Notes: generated from the sequence alone by a model not told the origin. A stretch of DNA of 64,000 nt from Candidatus Marinacidobacterales bacterium (GCA_965224085.1 CBDCYI010000011.1:1440001-1504000); one strand, 5' to 3'; positions 49,963-60,610 are shown, counted from the first letter of the stretch. Program-made: numbers and translations.

Positions 49963-50796
49963 GTGCGACCGAAGCCACCTTCCTCGCTCGACTATGACGA
50001 CTTTCTCCACGAGCTCGCGCTCAAGAATTGGAACCGCGCTATGGTCGAGGCGGACGGCGAGAAAGCCGAAACGAACGCCAAGAAACTCGCCGCTTCCCAC
50101 GACAAGTTCTGGCGCTTCGTGGGCCATATCCACGTCTCCACATCGCGGCTCACTCGGGGACAGGCCACGCTCGCTATCGATGCCTTGGCCGACGCTGCGC
50201 GCGTCTTCGCCGAGCCCGGTGAGATCGCAGCCATCGCCAAGAGCCTTCAAGCACACATTCACATCGAGACCCATTCTCCGAAGCGAGCTCTTTCTGCATT
50301 GGAGGGCGCCGTCGCGACTCCCGAGGTCTCTTACTGGCGCGCGCTCGCCTGCGCGCGAGAAGCTCGGCGCAAGGAGGCGCTCGCACTCGCCTGTGCACTC
50401 GAGGCCCAGGAAAAGCCCACGAGCAAAGCTTTCGCGTCGCATGTGCGCGCCGAGCTCGACCCTAAGAGCCGCCTCGCATCGCTTCAGCGCGCTGCCGGCG
50501 CCCTGGAAGAGCAAGCCGTCCTTTCTCCCGAGCCCGTTCTCCCCATCCGCTTCGCCTACGCTAGAGCACTCGAGGACGCCGGACTCCACGCAGACGCGGA
50601 GGCGCGCTTCCGCGAGATCACTAGAGCACCGGGATCCCTCGCTTATTGGCCGATTCCGTATATTCGTAGTTTGTACCGTCTAGGACGGCTCGGCTCGGAT
50701 GCAAGCACGCGGCAACGAAGCATGGAGCGCTTCGCGGCGTTCTGGAAGGGCGGGGAGCTGGACCGCGCGGAGGTCCAATTAGCGTCTCGTTCTTGA
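49963..50796 (+). CDS. Hypothetical alpha-helical (TPR-like) protein
   Basis: 277-aa Ala-rich ORF with host-like codon use; RSLYRLG and F...W.GGELD tail. Confidence 0.6.
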   Translation: MRPKPPSSLDYDDFLHELALKNWNRAMVEADGEKAETNAKKLAASHDKFWRFVGHIHVSTSRLTRGQATLAIDALADAARVFAEPGEIAAIAKSLQAHIHIETHSPKRALSALEGAVATPEVSYWRALACAREARRKEALALACALEAQEKPTSKAFASHVRAELDPKSRLASLQRAAGALEEQAVLSPEPVLPIRFAYARALEDAGLHADAEARFREITRAPGSLAYWPIPYIRSLYRLGRLGSDASTRQRSMERFAAFWKGGELDRAEVQLASRS

Positions 50797-50824
50797 TGTC
50801 AGTCCGTCTTGATGTCAGTCCGTC
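50791..50824. repeat. 16-bp tandem duplication spanning convergent stop codons
   Basis: TCTTGATGTCAGTCCG x2 followed by TC. Confidence 0.85.
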
Positions 50825-51477
50825 AACAGGTAGGCGAACCGGAGCACTTGGCCGCGACGCTCCACGACAACGCGCAGTTCGTGCGCGTCCTGGAGCCGAG
50901 CGAGCAAATCCCAGAGCGAGTCAAGCCCACGTAGAGGCTCTCCGTTGATGCTTCGGACGAGGTCACCCGGCAGTAGCCCTGTTTCCGACAACAACGTGCC
51001 ATCTGGCAGGCGACGCAGCTCGAGGCCTAGGATCTCGCCCTGCTCGACCCGCGGGCTGAGCTCGGTCTCGCTCAGAATGACAGGGATCTCCTTTTCGAAA
51101 CGAGCGCTGGCTTCAGCGCGCGAAACGTCGCGAAAGACCCAGCCATCATCTTCCGCGGCGGGCGCCACTGTCGCCGGCCCGGTCGTCCGAGCCGCTGCAC
51201 TTGCGTCCACGTAAAGCCGAAGCGCACCGCGGATGCTGTCCAGAAGCACCGAGCCCTCCTCTACGGCAACGAGGGCGTAGCCATAATATTCCTGCCCCAT
51301 CCGCAGCGGCTGGGCTCGGGCCGCCCCGCTCCGACGGACGAGGGCTATCGAGTGCGCTGGATTTTCAGCGACGATCACGCCATCGAGAACGAAGCGATCC
51401 TCCTGGGCCCGCGCGAGCTCGCCAAAGGCAAGCACCAGGTAAATCACAACGCCGGCAAACCTAAGTAACGCCCCCAT
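50815..51477 (-). CDS. GspC-like protein (HR + PDZ domain)
   Basis: L.GVIV...SIALV HR-type region; GL..GD.V.SING PDZ, VERRGQ. Confidence 0.7.
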   Translation of the reverse strand: MGALLRFAGVVIYLVLAFGELARAQEDRFVLDGVIVAENPAHSIALVRRSGAARAQPLRMGQEYYGYALVAVEEGSVLLDSIRGALRLYVDASAAARTTGPATVAPAAEDDGWVFRDVSRAEASARFEKEIPVILSETELSPRVEQGEILGLELRRLPDGTLLSETGLLPGDLVRSINGEPLRGLDSLWDLLARLQDAHELRVVVERRGQVLRFAYLLTD

Positions 51478-51594
51478 AAACAGATACCAGGAATGTAGGA
51501 TAGCCACGAGTGGAAGCTCGGGTCAAGCGCGAGCCGAACACCTTGTGCTATATTGTCATCGTCGCTCCTTTTTGACGTATTCCCCACAGAGTTG

Positions 51595-53673
51595 ATGGCT
51601 TCCGACCAGTTGGTGCCCACGGCAAAAGGTGCGACACGCGGGCGCGGGCTGAAACGTTTCCTCTTTCACACGCGGCGCGGACAGCTTCTCCTCGCACTCT
51701 GCACGTTCCGTTTACTCGGCGCGCTCGAGCTCATCCCAGGTTTTCTCTCCACCCTGTCGACGGTAGGCCTCTGGGCCTATGCGCTCGGCTTCGTCATTTG
51801 GGGCCTTTCCGGCTTACGACGTAGTCTTCTGTGGCGCATCCGACGAAAGCTCATCATTTCGTATCTGCTGATCGGACTCGTCCCAACGATCTTGATCCTC
51901 TCGTTCTTTGCGCTCAGTGGCTATTTCACGCTCGGACAGGTCAGCTCTTTCATGCTCATGAGTTCCGTCCGCGACGCGGAGATGCGCGCCGCCAATACCG
52001 CAAATTTGATGGTCTTCGCGCTTCGCGGAGGTGGAACGGCGAGCTCCCGTCTGTCCGATGAACGTATTCGCAAAGTGCTCACGGAACGCGTCCAAGGAAT
52101 AGGAAAAAACGAGCCCCGTTGGAGCGCAGTCTACCTCGAGCATCGCCGCGGACGCATTCAACGTGTGGTGACGACGGATGATATCGGATTTTCAACGAGT
52201 GTAGGGACAACCCTTCCCCAGTGGCTTGCAGATGGGTATCGCGGTGCCATCGAGTATGGCGGCGTCGGCTACACAGCAGGCGTTTCGACACCTCACGAGT
52301 CGGCCAAGAACGCAACCATCATCGTGCTCACCACGTTGTCCGACGTCCTCAAGAAATCCGCGGAAGAGCTGGGCTTTCACATCGATCAAGTGCTCGCGAG
52401 CGACACCGATGACGCCACGGCTGAAAATGTGTTCATCCGCCAACCCGCTTCGTCGGAGGGAGAGAGCGAGAACGCGACTTCGGCCAGTTCTGCGCCGTTA
52501 ACGTTCCCATGGTGGACGCTCCTGCCAACGAGAAGCCTCGATGATCCCCATGCGGAGGAGTCCGAGCTCGCATTTGTGCAGTTCGGTTTCCCGCTCAGTA
52601 GCTTCTACTCCAGCATCGCCTCGGGGGCGCTTCAACTCGGCCCGAATGGCTCCGATCTCGGCGCGGTCCTTCTCACGGCGATGGCGCTTCTCGCGGGCCT
52701 TTTTCTTGTGATCGAGGTTTCCGCAATCTTCGTGGGCCTCGTACTCGCCCGATCGATCACGGGCTCGGTGCACGCGCTCAGTCAGGGCACCGAGCACGTG
52801 CGCCAGGGAGACTTTAGCTACAGGGTGCAAGTTCGATCGCGGGATCAGCTGGGTGAGCTCGCGGAGTCGTTCAACTTGATGACGACGAGCATCCAAGATC
52901 TACTGAGGCAATCGTCGGAAAAAGAGCGCATGGAGGAAGAGCTCCGCGTCGCGCGAACCATCCAGATGAGTCTACTGCCGAAAGACCGCGTCGACGTCCC
53001 CGGTCTTTCCATCGCACCGTTCTGTCTTCCCGCCAATGAAGTTGGCGGTGACTACTACGACTTCATTCCGCTCAATGACGGACGGTTCGCCCTCCTCATC
53101 GCGGACGTTTCGGGAAAAGGTACGTCGGCGGCGCTTTACATGGCAGAGCTCAAGGGGCTCGTTCTGTCCTTGAGCCAGATTTACCATTCGCCCCGCAAAC
53201 TTCTCGTCGAAGCCAACAAGATCCTCGCGGCGACTCTCGATAGACGGAGCTTCATCACGATGGCCTATGCCGTCATCGACATGAACGAACGCCATATGAC
53301 CTATGCGCGCGCGGGACACAACCCCATCTTTCATGTCTCCGCAAATGGCGCCGAACCCAAGACGAACGCCCTGGCCCCAGATGGGCTCGGGCTCGCCTTG
53401 GATCGGGGCACGCAGTTCGAGCGCATTTTACGGGAAGATCTTGTGAGCTTGCGCGCGGGAGACGTCTTCCTGTTCTTCACGGACGGCGTCTCGGAGGCCA
53501 TGAACACGAGCTCCGAGCTCTTCGGAGAGGAGCGGATTCGCCTCATCCTCGAGGAGAATGCCGACCTCCAGATGGAAGAGCTGCGCGAAAAGCTGGTCGA
53601 CGAGGTGTTCGACTTTGCGGGCGGAGCCGTGCAGCACGACGATATGACGATGGTCCTCCTCAAAGTATTGTAG
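51595..53673 (+). CDS. Membrane HAMP + SpoIIE/PP2C serine phosphatase (RsbU-like)
   Basis: TM helices, HAMP (DQLGELAESFN.M), VGGDYYD, IADVSGKG, AGH, FTDG, DDMT. Confidence 0.92.
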   Translation: MASDQLVPTAKGATRGRGLKRFLFHTRRGQLLLALCTFRLLGALELIPGFLSTLSTVGLWAYALGFVIWGLSGLRRSLLWRIRRKLIISYLLIGLVPTILILSFFALSGYFTLGQVSSFMLMSSVRDAEMRAANTANLMVFALRGGGTASSRLSDERIRKVLTERVQGIGKNEPRWSAVYLEHRRGRIQRVVTTDDIGFSTSVGTTLPQWLADGYRGAIEYGGVGYTAGVSTPHESAKNATIIVLTTLSDVLKKSAEELGFHIDQVLASDTDDATAENVFIRQPASSEGESENATSASSAPLTFPWWTLLPTRSLDDPHAEESELAFVQFGFPLSSFYSSIASGALQLGPNGSDLGAVLLTAMALLAGLFLVIEVSAIFVGLVLARSITGSVHALSQGTEHVRQGDFSYRVQVRSRDQLGELAESFNLMTTSIQDLLRQSSEKERMEEELRVARTIQMSLLPKDRVDVPGLSIAPFCLPANEVGGDYYDFIPLNDGRFALLIADVSGKGTSAALYMAELKGLVLSLSQIYHSPRKLLVEANKILAATLDRRSFITMAYAVIDMNERHMTYARAGHNPIFHVSANGAEPKTNALAPDGLGLALDRGTQFERILREDLVSLRAGDVFLFFTDGVSEAMNTSSELFGEERIRLILEENADLQMEELREKLVDEVFDFAGGAVQHDDMTMVLLKVL

Positions 53674-53727
53674 TAATATCGTTGACAGCGCTCCTGACGT
53701 CGGCCCGACCCGATATTCGTCGAGGCA

Positions 53728-54474
53728 TTGCTTGTGTCCACAACCGTAGAACGTGAACCCCTTCCGACTAGCCTTTCCACAGCCGATCTCAAAAAGCTGT
53801 ACAGGCGACTCGGACATGAATTTCGTCGCGCCCAGCTCTTACAGCAGGCGCTGACGCACAAGTCTTTCGCCCACGAATCCGAAAGCAGCGGGCACAACGA
53901 GTCGATGGAGTTTCTCGGAGACGCCGTGCTCGGATTTCTCGTAACCGATTTCATCTATCGTGACTTTCCGGCTTTTTCGGAAGGACGAAAATCGAAGATA
54001 AAGGCCTATCTCGTGAGTGCGTCCACGCTCTCACTATTGGCGCTCAAGCTTCAGATCCCGCAGTTCCTACTTCTCGGCAAGGGCGAGGAGAAAACCGGCG
54101 GCCGCAAGAAAAAAGCACTCTCCGCCAACGCGCTCGAGGCCGTCGTCGCCGCGATCTATCTCGACTCCGATGTCGACGGAGCACGCCGTTTTCTCAAGCC
54201 CTTATATGCGCCACTCATCGACGAAGTCCGCGAGGGCCGGGCCGCCGTCGAAGACCCCAAGACCGCTCTTCAAGAATTCTTGCAAGCTCGTAGTCTACAG
54301 CCCGCCCAATATCTCGTCACCGCGGAATCAGGACCCGAGCACCGCAAGACCTTCCAGGTCGAGCTCAAGATCGGCCCGCGCAAACTCGGCGAAGCCACCG
54401 GCACAACGAAGAAAAAGGCCGAGCTAGACGCCGCCCAGGCCGCTCTCGCACAATTGTTAGAAGAAGAAGACTGA
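53728..54474 (+). CDS. rnc: Ribonuclease III
   Basis: ALTHKS, NESMEFLGDAVL, LGKGE, EAVVAAIYLD, dsRBD DPKTALQE. Confidence 0.96.
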   Translation: MLVSTTVEREPLPTSLSTADLKKLYRRLGHEFRRAQLLQQALTHKSFAHESESSGHNESMEFLGDAVLGFLVTDFIYRDFPAFSEGRKSKIKAYLVSASTLSLLALKLQIPQFLLLGKGEEKTGGRKKKALSANALEAVVAAIYLDSDVDGARRFLKPLYAPLIDEVREGRAAVEDPKTALQEFLQARSLQPAQYLVTAESGPEHRKTFQVELKIGPRKLGEATGTTKKKAELDAAQAALAQLLEEED

Positions 54475-54477
54475 TCC

Positions 54478-54533
54478 GGATTCAGCATTCAGGTCCGCGC
54501 CGGACCTAGACGTTTGCGTCTCATTCTGAATCC
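54478..54533. terminator. Branched hairpin between convergent rnc and FHA genes (possible bidirectional terminator or processing site)
   Basis: Outer stem GGATTCAG/CTGAATCC enclosing AGGTCCG-cgc-CGGACCT and AGACG-tttg-CGTCT; no clear U-tract. Confidence 0.45.
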
Positions 54534-54536
54534 AGA

Positions 54537-55121
54537 TTATTCTCGGTCCGTCACGATCAACATCAGCACGTGCTCACCGATGCGGAACTCGCTGTGGTTT
54601 TGGAGCTCGGCGCTGTCGATTTGTTCGCCGTTGACGAATGTGCCGTTCGTGCTTTTCAAATCGGAGACGACGACGCGCGAGCCTAGGACCTCGAGCGAGG
54701 CGTGTTCGCGGGACGATTCCGGGTCGTCGAGGATCACATCGCAGTCAGCGCGGCCGATGACGGTGCGCACTTTGGTGATCGCGAAAATCTGACCGCTCGC
54801 CTTTCCCTGCAGCACCGCTAGCGAATACTTCTTGTCGTGCGGAAGATCCATTTTCTCGGCTACTGCAGGCCCGGACATCGTCTGCTCGCCGACCGGCTCG
54901 TCCGAGCGGAGTTTTTTGACCCGCGCGGTCGTGTTCTCGGTGACCGGACCGGATGGCGGGGCCTCCAAAGGGGGGCCGCTCGGAGCCGTCGCGTCAGAGC
55001 TAGTGATGTCGATCGTGCCGCCACACTTCTTGCATTTCGCCTGCGCACGCGACTTTCCGCCGAGCTGACTCTCGTCGAATCGGTATTTGGTTTGGCAGTG
55101 TGGGCAGGCTACTCGGATCAT
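54537..55121 (-). CDS. Zinc-ribbon (MJ0042-like) + FHA domain protein
   Basis: CPHC...CKKC N-terminus; IGR, SREHA, STNGTFVNG. Confidence 0.92.
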   Translation of the reverse strand: MIRVACPHCQTKYRFDESQLGGKSRAQAKCKKCGGTIDITSSDATAPSGPPLEAPPSGPVTENTTARVKKLRSDEPVGEQTMSGPAVAEKMDLPHDKKYSLAVLQGKASGQIFAITKVRTVIGRADCDVILDDPESSREHASLEVLGSRVVVSDLKSTNGTFVNGEQIDSAELQNHSEFRIGEHVLMLIVTDRE

Positions 55122-55198
55122 GTTTCTTGCGGATTCGGTTGGTGACGGTTCCTTGCTAACTCATTTAACACTATTTGTACGATGCCGTTCAAGTCGGA

Positions 55199-56759
55199 TC
55201 AACTGTAGCGGCGCTTGATGAAGTGCTCCCAATCGCGGATGAGCCCGCGGACATCGTGGCCGACAATCCGACGCAACGTGGAATCCACGTCCTCGCCCTC
55301 ACCGAGCGCGGTCAGGATGTCGCGGATGCCTCCCATACCGCGTTTTTGAATCACGTAGTCAACCATCGATGACGCGGCCGGGTAGAACATACGTGGATCG
55401 CATCGCGCGGTGGGCAGGCAACTCTCGAAGCTCTGACCTTCCTGCAACACGCGGCCCAACAGTTCCCCATTATCCTCTGTGCGGACACCTTCCACGTACT
55501 CCGCAATACCTTCGTGAATCCACCGTGGAGCATTTTTGCCCGCCCGAGCGTGAATGAACGCGTGGGCGAGCTCGTGGTGAAGCGTGGTCTTGATCCTTTC
55601 ATCGAGCCGTTGAAGTCCGCGAACGGGCACGCGTATTTTTCCATCGAACAGGCCTGCGGACCAATCAGGGCCGCCCATCTCGTTGTAGTCGCGCCGCGTA
55701 TAGAGAATCACAACCACGCGCTCGGACGGCTCGAAGCCGAGCTGGGTTTTCAAGCTCGCGTAGCTGCGGTCCATCGTATCGATGACCATCCGGCCCGTGC
55801 TTTCCATCGCACCGCCGTCATAGCTTACGATGAAATGCGCGAGCCGCTGCGTCTTATTGCCTCCACCAGCGCGCGCTTCAGAGAGCGCTTTGTTGAGTGA
55901 GGCCCGGATCGTCGGATTCTCGCCGAGGTCGAGCGCTTTCTCAAAAAAACTCGACGGCTTTGCTGATTTCCTGATGGTAGTAATGAGTCTTACCGACGAT
56001 GTGGTACATCTCGGCGGATTGGGACGTCTGGCCGTAGGCGATCGCGGTCTCCGCCCAGCTCTTGGCGACCTCCCACTCTTCTTGCTCGCTATAGATGACC
56101 GCTTTCAGAGTCGCGATATCCCCGGCTTCCGCACCCCAGTCCTCCGAGCCGTTCACATAAGTCAAGGCTTCGTGGAATCGGCGGGCGCGAATCTTCTGCC
56201 CGGCCATAAGAAAGTGCGCGGCCAAGACATATTCCCGCAGCCACTCCACACCGGGATATTCGCGCGCCAGAGACTCGGCCCGCTCGACAACCGCAGGCGT
56301 CACGCTCTCGTGCGTGAGATCGGGAAGCCGCGGGATCGGTGAGCTCGGCTCGGGCTCGGGCGCAGGGATGACATCGGGCTCGGAGCTCTCAGAAGGCAGC
56401 CCACTCAAGACCAAAGCCTGAGCGCCGCGCGCGACAGGCGCTTCGACGCCTTCGAGAACGGTCGGTTCCGCGGGGGATCGAGGCTCACTCGAGGGGCCCG
56501 GCGAACCTGCCGAAGGTTTGTATTGCTCGTAAAGCTGCAGGCCGTAATACGCCCCCCCCGACAGCAGTGCCGACATGGCAACGACATTGAACAGGACCGA
56601 CCACCGCGATGGCTCCGGCGTCACAAAAGGCTGTGGCTGTGGCCGGGGACGGGGGCGCGGCACTCGGTCGCGCCCGAGCTTGCCGAATACGACACCGCAT
56701 TTTGGACACGAAGGGTCGCTCGAAGGTACACTCTGAAATCCGCACTTGGGACAGTTCAC
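55199..56759 (-). CDS. Zinc-ribbon/TM/TPR + peptidase MA-like protein (+1 frameshift at A7, 55943-55949)
   Basis: CPKC..CPKCG, TM helix, TPR, HELAH and PRWIHEGIAEY; frames join as AVEFFEKALDL with one fewer base. Confidence 0.8.
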
Positions 56760-56813
56760 CGTTGCCTCACTCTTGATTGGATTCTCGTTTTGATGGCGGC
56801 GGCGTTCCCACTG

Positions 56814-58002
56814 CTATGACGAGCCGTTCACGCGCGCTACGAATTTTCCTTCGCGCAAAGCCGTCACGGCGTCTCGAAGAACTTGCGCAAAGACTTCGAG
56901 ATCCTCCTCCCTAGTGTAGCGCCCCAAGCTAACGCGGATCGAGCCTCGGATCTGTTCCGTCGAAAGCCCCAGTCCTAGCAGCACATGTGACGGCTTGACG
57001 GCGCCTTCATTGCAGGCCGCACCCGCGGAAACGGCGTATCCTGCTTCGTCGAGGGCGAGAACGAGAGCCTCACCATCCAAACCGTCGAAACGAAAATTCA
57101 CCGTGTTCGGCGTCCTCCGCGCCGCCCCCTCACCGTTCACGTGGCTGTCGATGACGGACGAAAGCACGCTTCGCTCGAGCGCGTCCCGGTAGGTTGCGAG
57201 GCGCTTCGACTCGGTCGGCAGAAGCTTGTCGACTTGCCTCGCCGCCTCCGCGAGCCCTACGATGCCCGCGACGTTCTCCGTGCCAGGCCTCTGCGGCAGC
57301 GTTCCTGCCCCCCCCGCGAAATACGGGCTCGAACGGCGTGCCGCCGCGAACGTAAAGGGCACCGACGCCCCTTGGACCATAGAATTTGTGGCCCGATATC
57401 GCGAGCATATCGATGCTGAGCTCCCGGACGTCGAGCGGAATCTTGCCGCATGCCTGTACGGCGTCCGTATGGAAAAGCGCCCCAGCGTCGTGGGCCACCC
57501 TCGCGAGCTCACGCACGGGTTGCACAACCCCGGTTTCGTTATTCGCTACCATGACGGACACGAGAAGAGTGTCCGAGCGGAGTGCGCCTCTAAGTCTATC
57601 GGGCGTCAGCTCGCCTCTTTCGTCGACCTCTACGATGGTCACAGGCCAATCCCGGCGCTCGAGCTCCTCTATGACTTGGAGCACCGCATGATGCTCCACA
57701 TTCGACGTCACGATGTGACGTCGCCCGTCGTCTCGGCGCGCGGCCACAGCACCGAGAAGCGCGAGATTGTCGGCCTCGGTTCCCCCGCTGGTGAACACCA
57801 ACTCTTCGGGCCTCGCCCCCAAGAAAGAGGCAAAGGAGTCGGTCGATTCGACGAGGGCCTCTTTTGCTGGACGCCCGAACCCGTGAATGCTCGACGGGTT
57901 GCCGAAGTGTTCGTCGAGAAATGGCAACATCGCCTCGAGCGCTTCGGGCGCGAGAGGTGTTGTCGCGTTGTAATCTAAGTAGACTCGATCAGCATTCAGC
58001 AT
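56814..58002 (-). CDS. Cysteine desulfurase (IscS/NifS-like), frameshifted near 57288-57315
   Basis: YLDYNATTP, GNPSS.H, FTSGGTE, NNETG, HTDAVQ, SGHKFYGP, RPGTEN, catalytic SAGAAC. Confidence 0.92.
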
Positions 58003-58127
58003 TCAGGATCCAGAATCAAGGCGTTTCGTGAATCGTCGGTGGTCTTAATTAAGTCTCTGTCTTTTCTAGCATAAATTTTGCGCGGGGACCAGAGACACCG
58101 GCATTTCCATGTGCTAGCATATTTCTA

Positions 58128-58940
58128 ATGGACGAATCCCTCGACGCTCTGGGAGCACCGGACAGCCCCAAAACGCTGAAAAATATTCGTTTTCAGGTGG
58201 ATAGCGGTATTGCGAAGATCGCACTGGCTCGTCCGGAGGCGGCGAACGCACTGAGCTTGGCGGCACTCGAAGAGATCGCTCGTACGCTCGGAGAGCTCGA
58301 TCTGGACGAGGCTGTCAAAGTCGTCGTCTTCACCGGCAGCGACCAAGCTTTCTCGAGCGGACTCGACATCGCCGAGCATACGGAGGACAACGTTTATCAA
58401 TTGCTCGAGATGTTTCACGAGGTCATTCGCCGTTTGATGGAGCTCGAATTGGTGAGCATTTCGGTCGTTAAAGGGATGGCGCTCGGAGCGGGATGCGAGC
58501 TCGCGGCCGTCTGCGATTTTTGTTTCGCCGCGGAGGGCGCGAAGCTCGGCCAGCCGGAGCTCAAGGCGGGTCTCTTCCCTTCCGTCGCGCCCGTGATCTA
58601 CCCGCGGCTCGTCGGATTGCACCGCACCTACGAGATGATTCTCACGGGACGGATCTACGACGCCAAAGAAGCGGAAGGCATAGGCCTGATCACGCGGGCG
58701 ATGGCTCCTGGCCAGCTGGATGCGGAAGTCGAAAAGTGGACTCAGTTCTTGAAGAATTTTTCGACGCCGGTGCTTCGCCTCGCTCGACGCGCCATCTCGG
58801 ACGCGGTCAATCTTCCCTTCGACGAGGGGCTCCGGCACGTGGAAAGCGTGTACCTCAATCAGCTCATGTCCACCGAGGACGCGAAGGAAGGCGTTCGCGC
58901 TCTTCGCGAGCGGCGCCAACCCGTCTGGAAGCACAAATAA
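58128..58940 (+). CDS. Enoyl-CoA hydratase/isomerase family protein
   Basis: FSSGLDI, ALGAGCEL, GQPELKAG, EDAKEG. Confidence 0.92.
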   Translation: MDESLDALGAPDSPKTLKNIRFQVDSGIAKIALARPEAANALSLAALEEIARTLGELDLDEAVKVVVFTGSDQAFSSGLDIAEHTEDNVYQLLEMFHEVIRRLMELELVSISVVKGMALGAGCELAAVCDFCFAAEGAKLGQPELKAGLFPSVAPVIYPRLVGLHRTYEMILTGRIYDAKEAEGIGLITRAMAPGQLDAEVEKWTQFLKNFSTPVLRLARRAISDAVNLPFDEGLRHVESVYLNQLMSTEDAKEGVRALRERRQPVWKHK

Positions 58941-59275
58941 AGTCAGTTTCAAATCACGCTCGAGCTTTTCTGTTCTTCCCGATGACTCGTCACCGACGCG
59001 GCGACCGCCCCACACACAATGCATCACTCAGCAACGAAGAAGGATGCCAACTGGCAGCTGATATACTTGCTTTCTTGGTCCGAGCGAGACGCCCAAATGC
59101 AGAGAAGTCGCGCTTGCCGCAAAGAAACGAACTCAGCTAGAATCACAACCGTCTCACCAACCACGAACTCTTGACGACACTCCGAAACGCCGACCGCCAC
59201 TAACACGCACGTTCACACGATGTCGCATCCAAACCAGGCGAAGGACGCCGAAACGCACAGGTGGGATAAAAAGCC

Positions 59276-59692
59276 GTGAAGGTCGATCTGGAAGCGGTAC
59301 TCGTTGCTTTCAGCGATGACTCCGTCGAACGAACTTACTATCTTGATGGGGACTCGGGTCGCGTGTTCAACGTCCTCGAAGACCACGACGACCCCGAGAC
59401 CCGGGAGCTCGTGTGGGCGCTCGAATCGGATACCCGCGGGCGTTATATTCAAGTTCCCAAACCCAGCATGGAGGAAACGCTAAAGGAACAGGACGCCTTC
59501 GTAGAGTCCCTCGATGGAGAACTCAAGGAAAAGCTCGACAAAATCATCCATGATGATCACGACGGATCCAAGTTCGCTGATTTCGTCGAGCGTAACCGCG
59601 AAGCGCGGGAGGCTTGGCGCGATTACCGCACATTGCGTTCGCGTGACCAAGCCAACGAGTGGATTCAGACGCTCAATCTTCCCGCGAGCTGA
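59276..59692 (+). CDS. UPF0158 family protein
   Basis: YYLDGDSGRV, RYIQVP, F...W..YR......EW pattern. Confidence 0.75.
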   Translation: MKVDLEAVLVAFSDDSVERTYYLDGDSGRVFNVLEDHDDPETRELVWALESDTRGRYIQVPKPSMEETLKEQDAFVESLDGELKEKLDKIIHDDHDGSKFADFVERNREAREAWRDYRTLRSRDQANEWIQTLNLPAS

Positions 59693-59709
59693 GCGACACC
59701 GGCTCGCCG

Positions 59710-60576
59710 GTGCGCGTTGGCGTCGCTGGCTGGTCTTACTCTGACTGGGAAGGCATCGTTTATCCGAAGACACCCCGTACGGACGGCCTCGTGTACCTGG
59801 CGCGCTATTTCGACACTATCGAGATCAACAGTTCCTTCTACCGCATCCCAAGCCCGAAAATGACAGCATCCTGGGCACGGCGCGCCGCCGCCAAGGCCGA
59901 TTTTCGCTTCACTCTGAAGCTGTTTCAAGGCTTCACCCACGAACGAAGCTCGGGGTCTCGAGACGAGCGAGCGTTCAAGCAGGCACTCGGCCCGCTCATC
60001 GATGCCGAGCTTCTCGGCGGCCTCCTTCTTCAGTTCCCGTGGTCGTTCAAGAACGATCCCGAGAGCCGAGACTATCTGAACAAGCTTCTCGACCGCTTTG
60101 CGGGCTATCCACTCGTGGTCGAGATCCGTCATGCGTCCTGGAACGATCGAGCGTTTTTCGACTTCCTGACACAAAGAGCTATAGCGTTGTGCAATATCGA
60201 CCAGCCGCGGATCGGCCGTTCCATCGGTCCCTCGAACCGCGCCACGGGGCCTATCGGGTACGTACGGCTCCACGGGCGGAACTACAAGGACTGGTTTCGG
60301 GAAGACGCTGGCCGCGACGCGCGCTACGACTATCTCTACAGCGAAGAGGAGCTCGTTCCGTGGATGGAGAAGATCTCCGAAGTGAGCGAGAACGCGTCCG
60401 AGACCTATGTGATTACGAACAACCACTTTCGCGGCCAAGCGGTCGTCAATGCACTTCAGATTCGCGCGCGCCTCGAGAAGCGGAAAGTTCTTGCACCCGT
60501 TTCGCTCATAGAGCACTATCCGGTATTGCACGGCGTGGCCGAGCCGGACCGCCCCGAACAACCATCCCTGTTCTAG
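59710..60576 (+). CDS. DUF72 domain-containing protein
   Basis: GVAGWSY..W, EINSSFY, LQFPWSF, EIRH.SW, YVRLHGRN, Y.YLY, TNNH. Confidence 0.93.
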   Translation: MRVGVAGWSYSDWEGIVYPKTPRTDGLVYLARYFDTIEINSSFYRIPSPKMTASWARRAAAKADFRFTLKLFQGFTHERSSGSRDERAFKQALGPLIDAELLGGLLLQFPWSFKNDPESRDYLNKLLDRFAGYPLVVEIRHASWNDRAFFDFLTQRAIALCNIDQPRIGRSIGPSNRATGPIGYVRLHGRNYKDWFREDAGRDARYDYLYSEEELVPWMEKISEVSENASETYVITNNHFRGQAVVNALQIRARLEKRKVLAPVSLIEHYPVLHGVAEPDRPEQPSLF

Positions 60577-60610
60577 GCTTTCTGGCTGGACCGATAGTAG
60601 TATTGATCCG

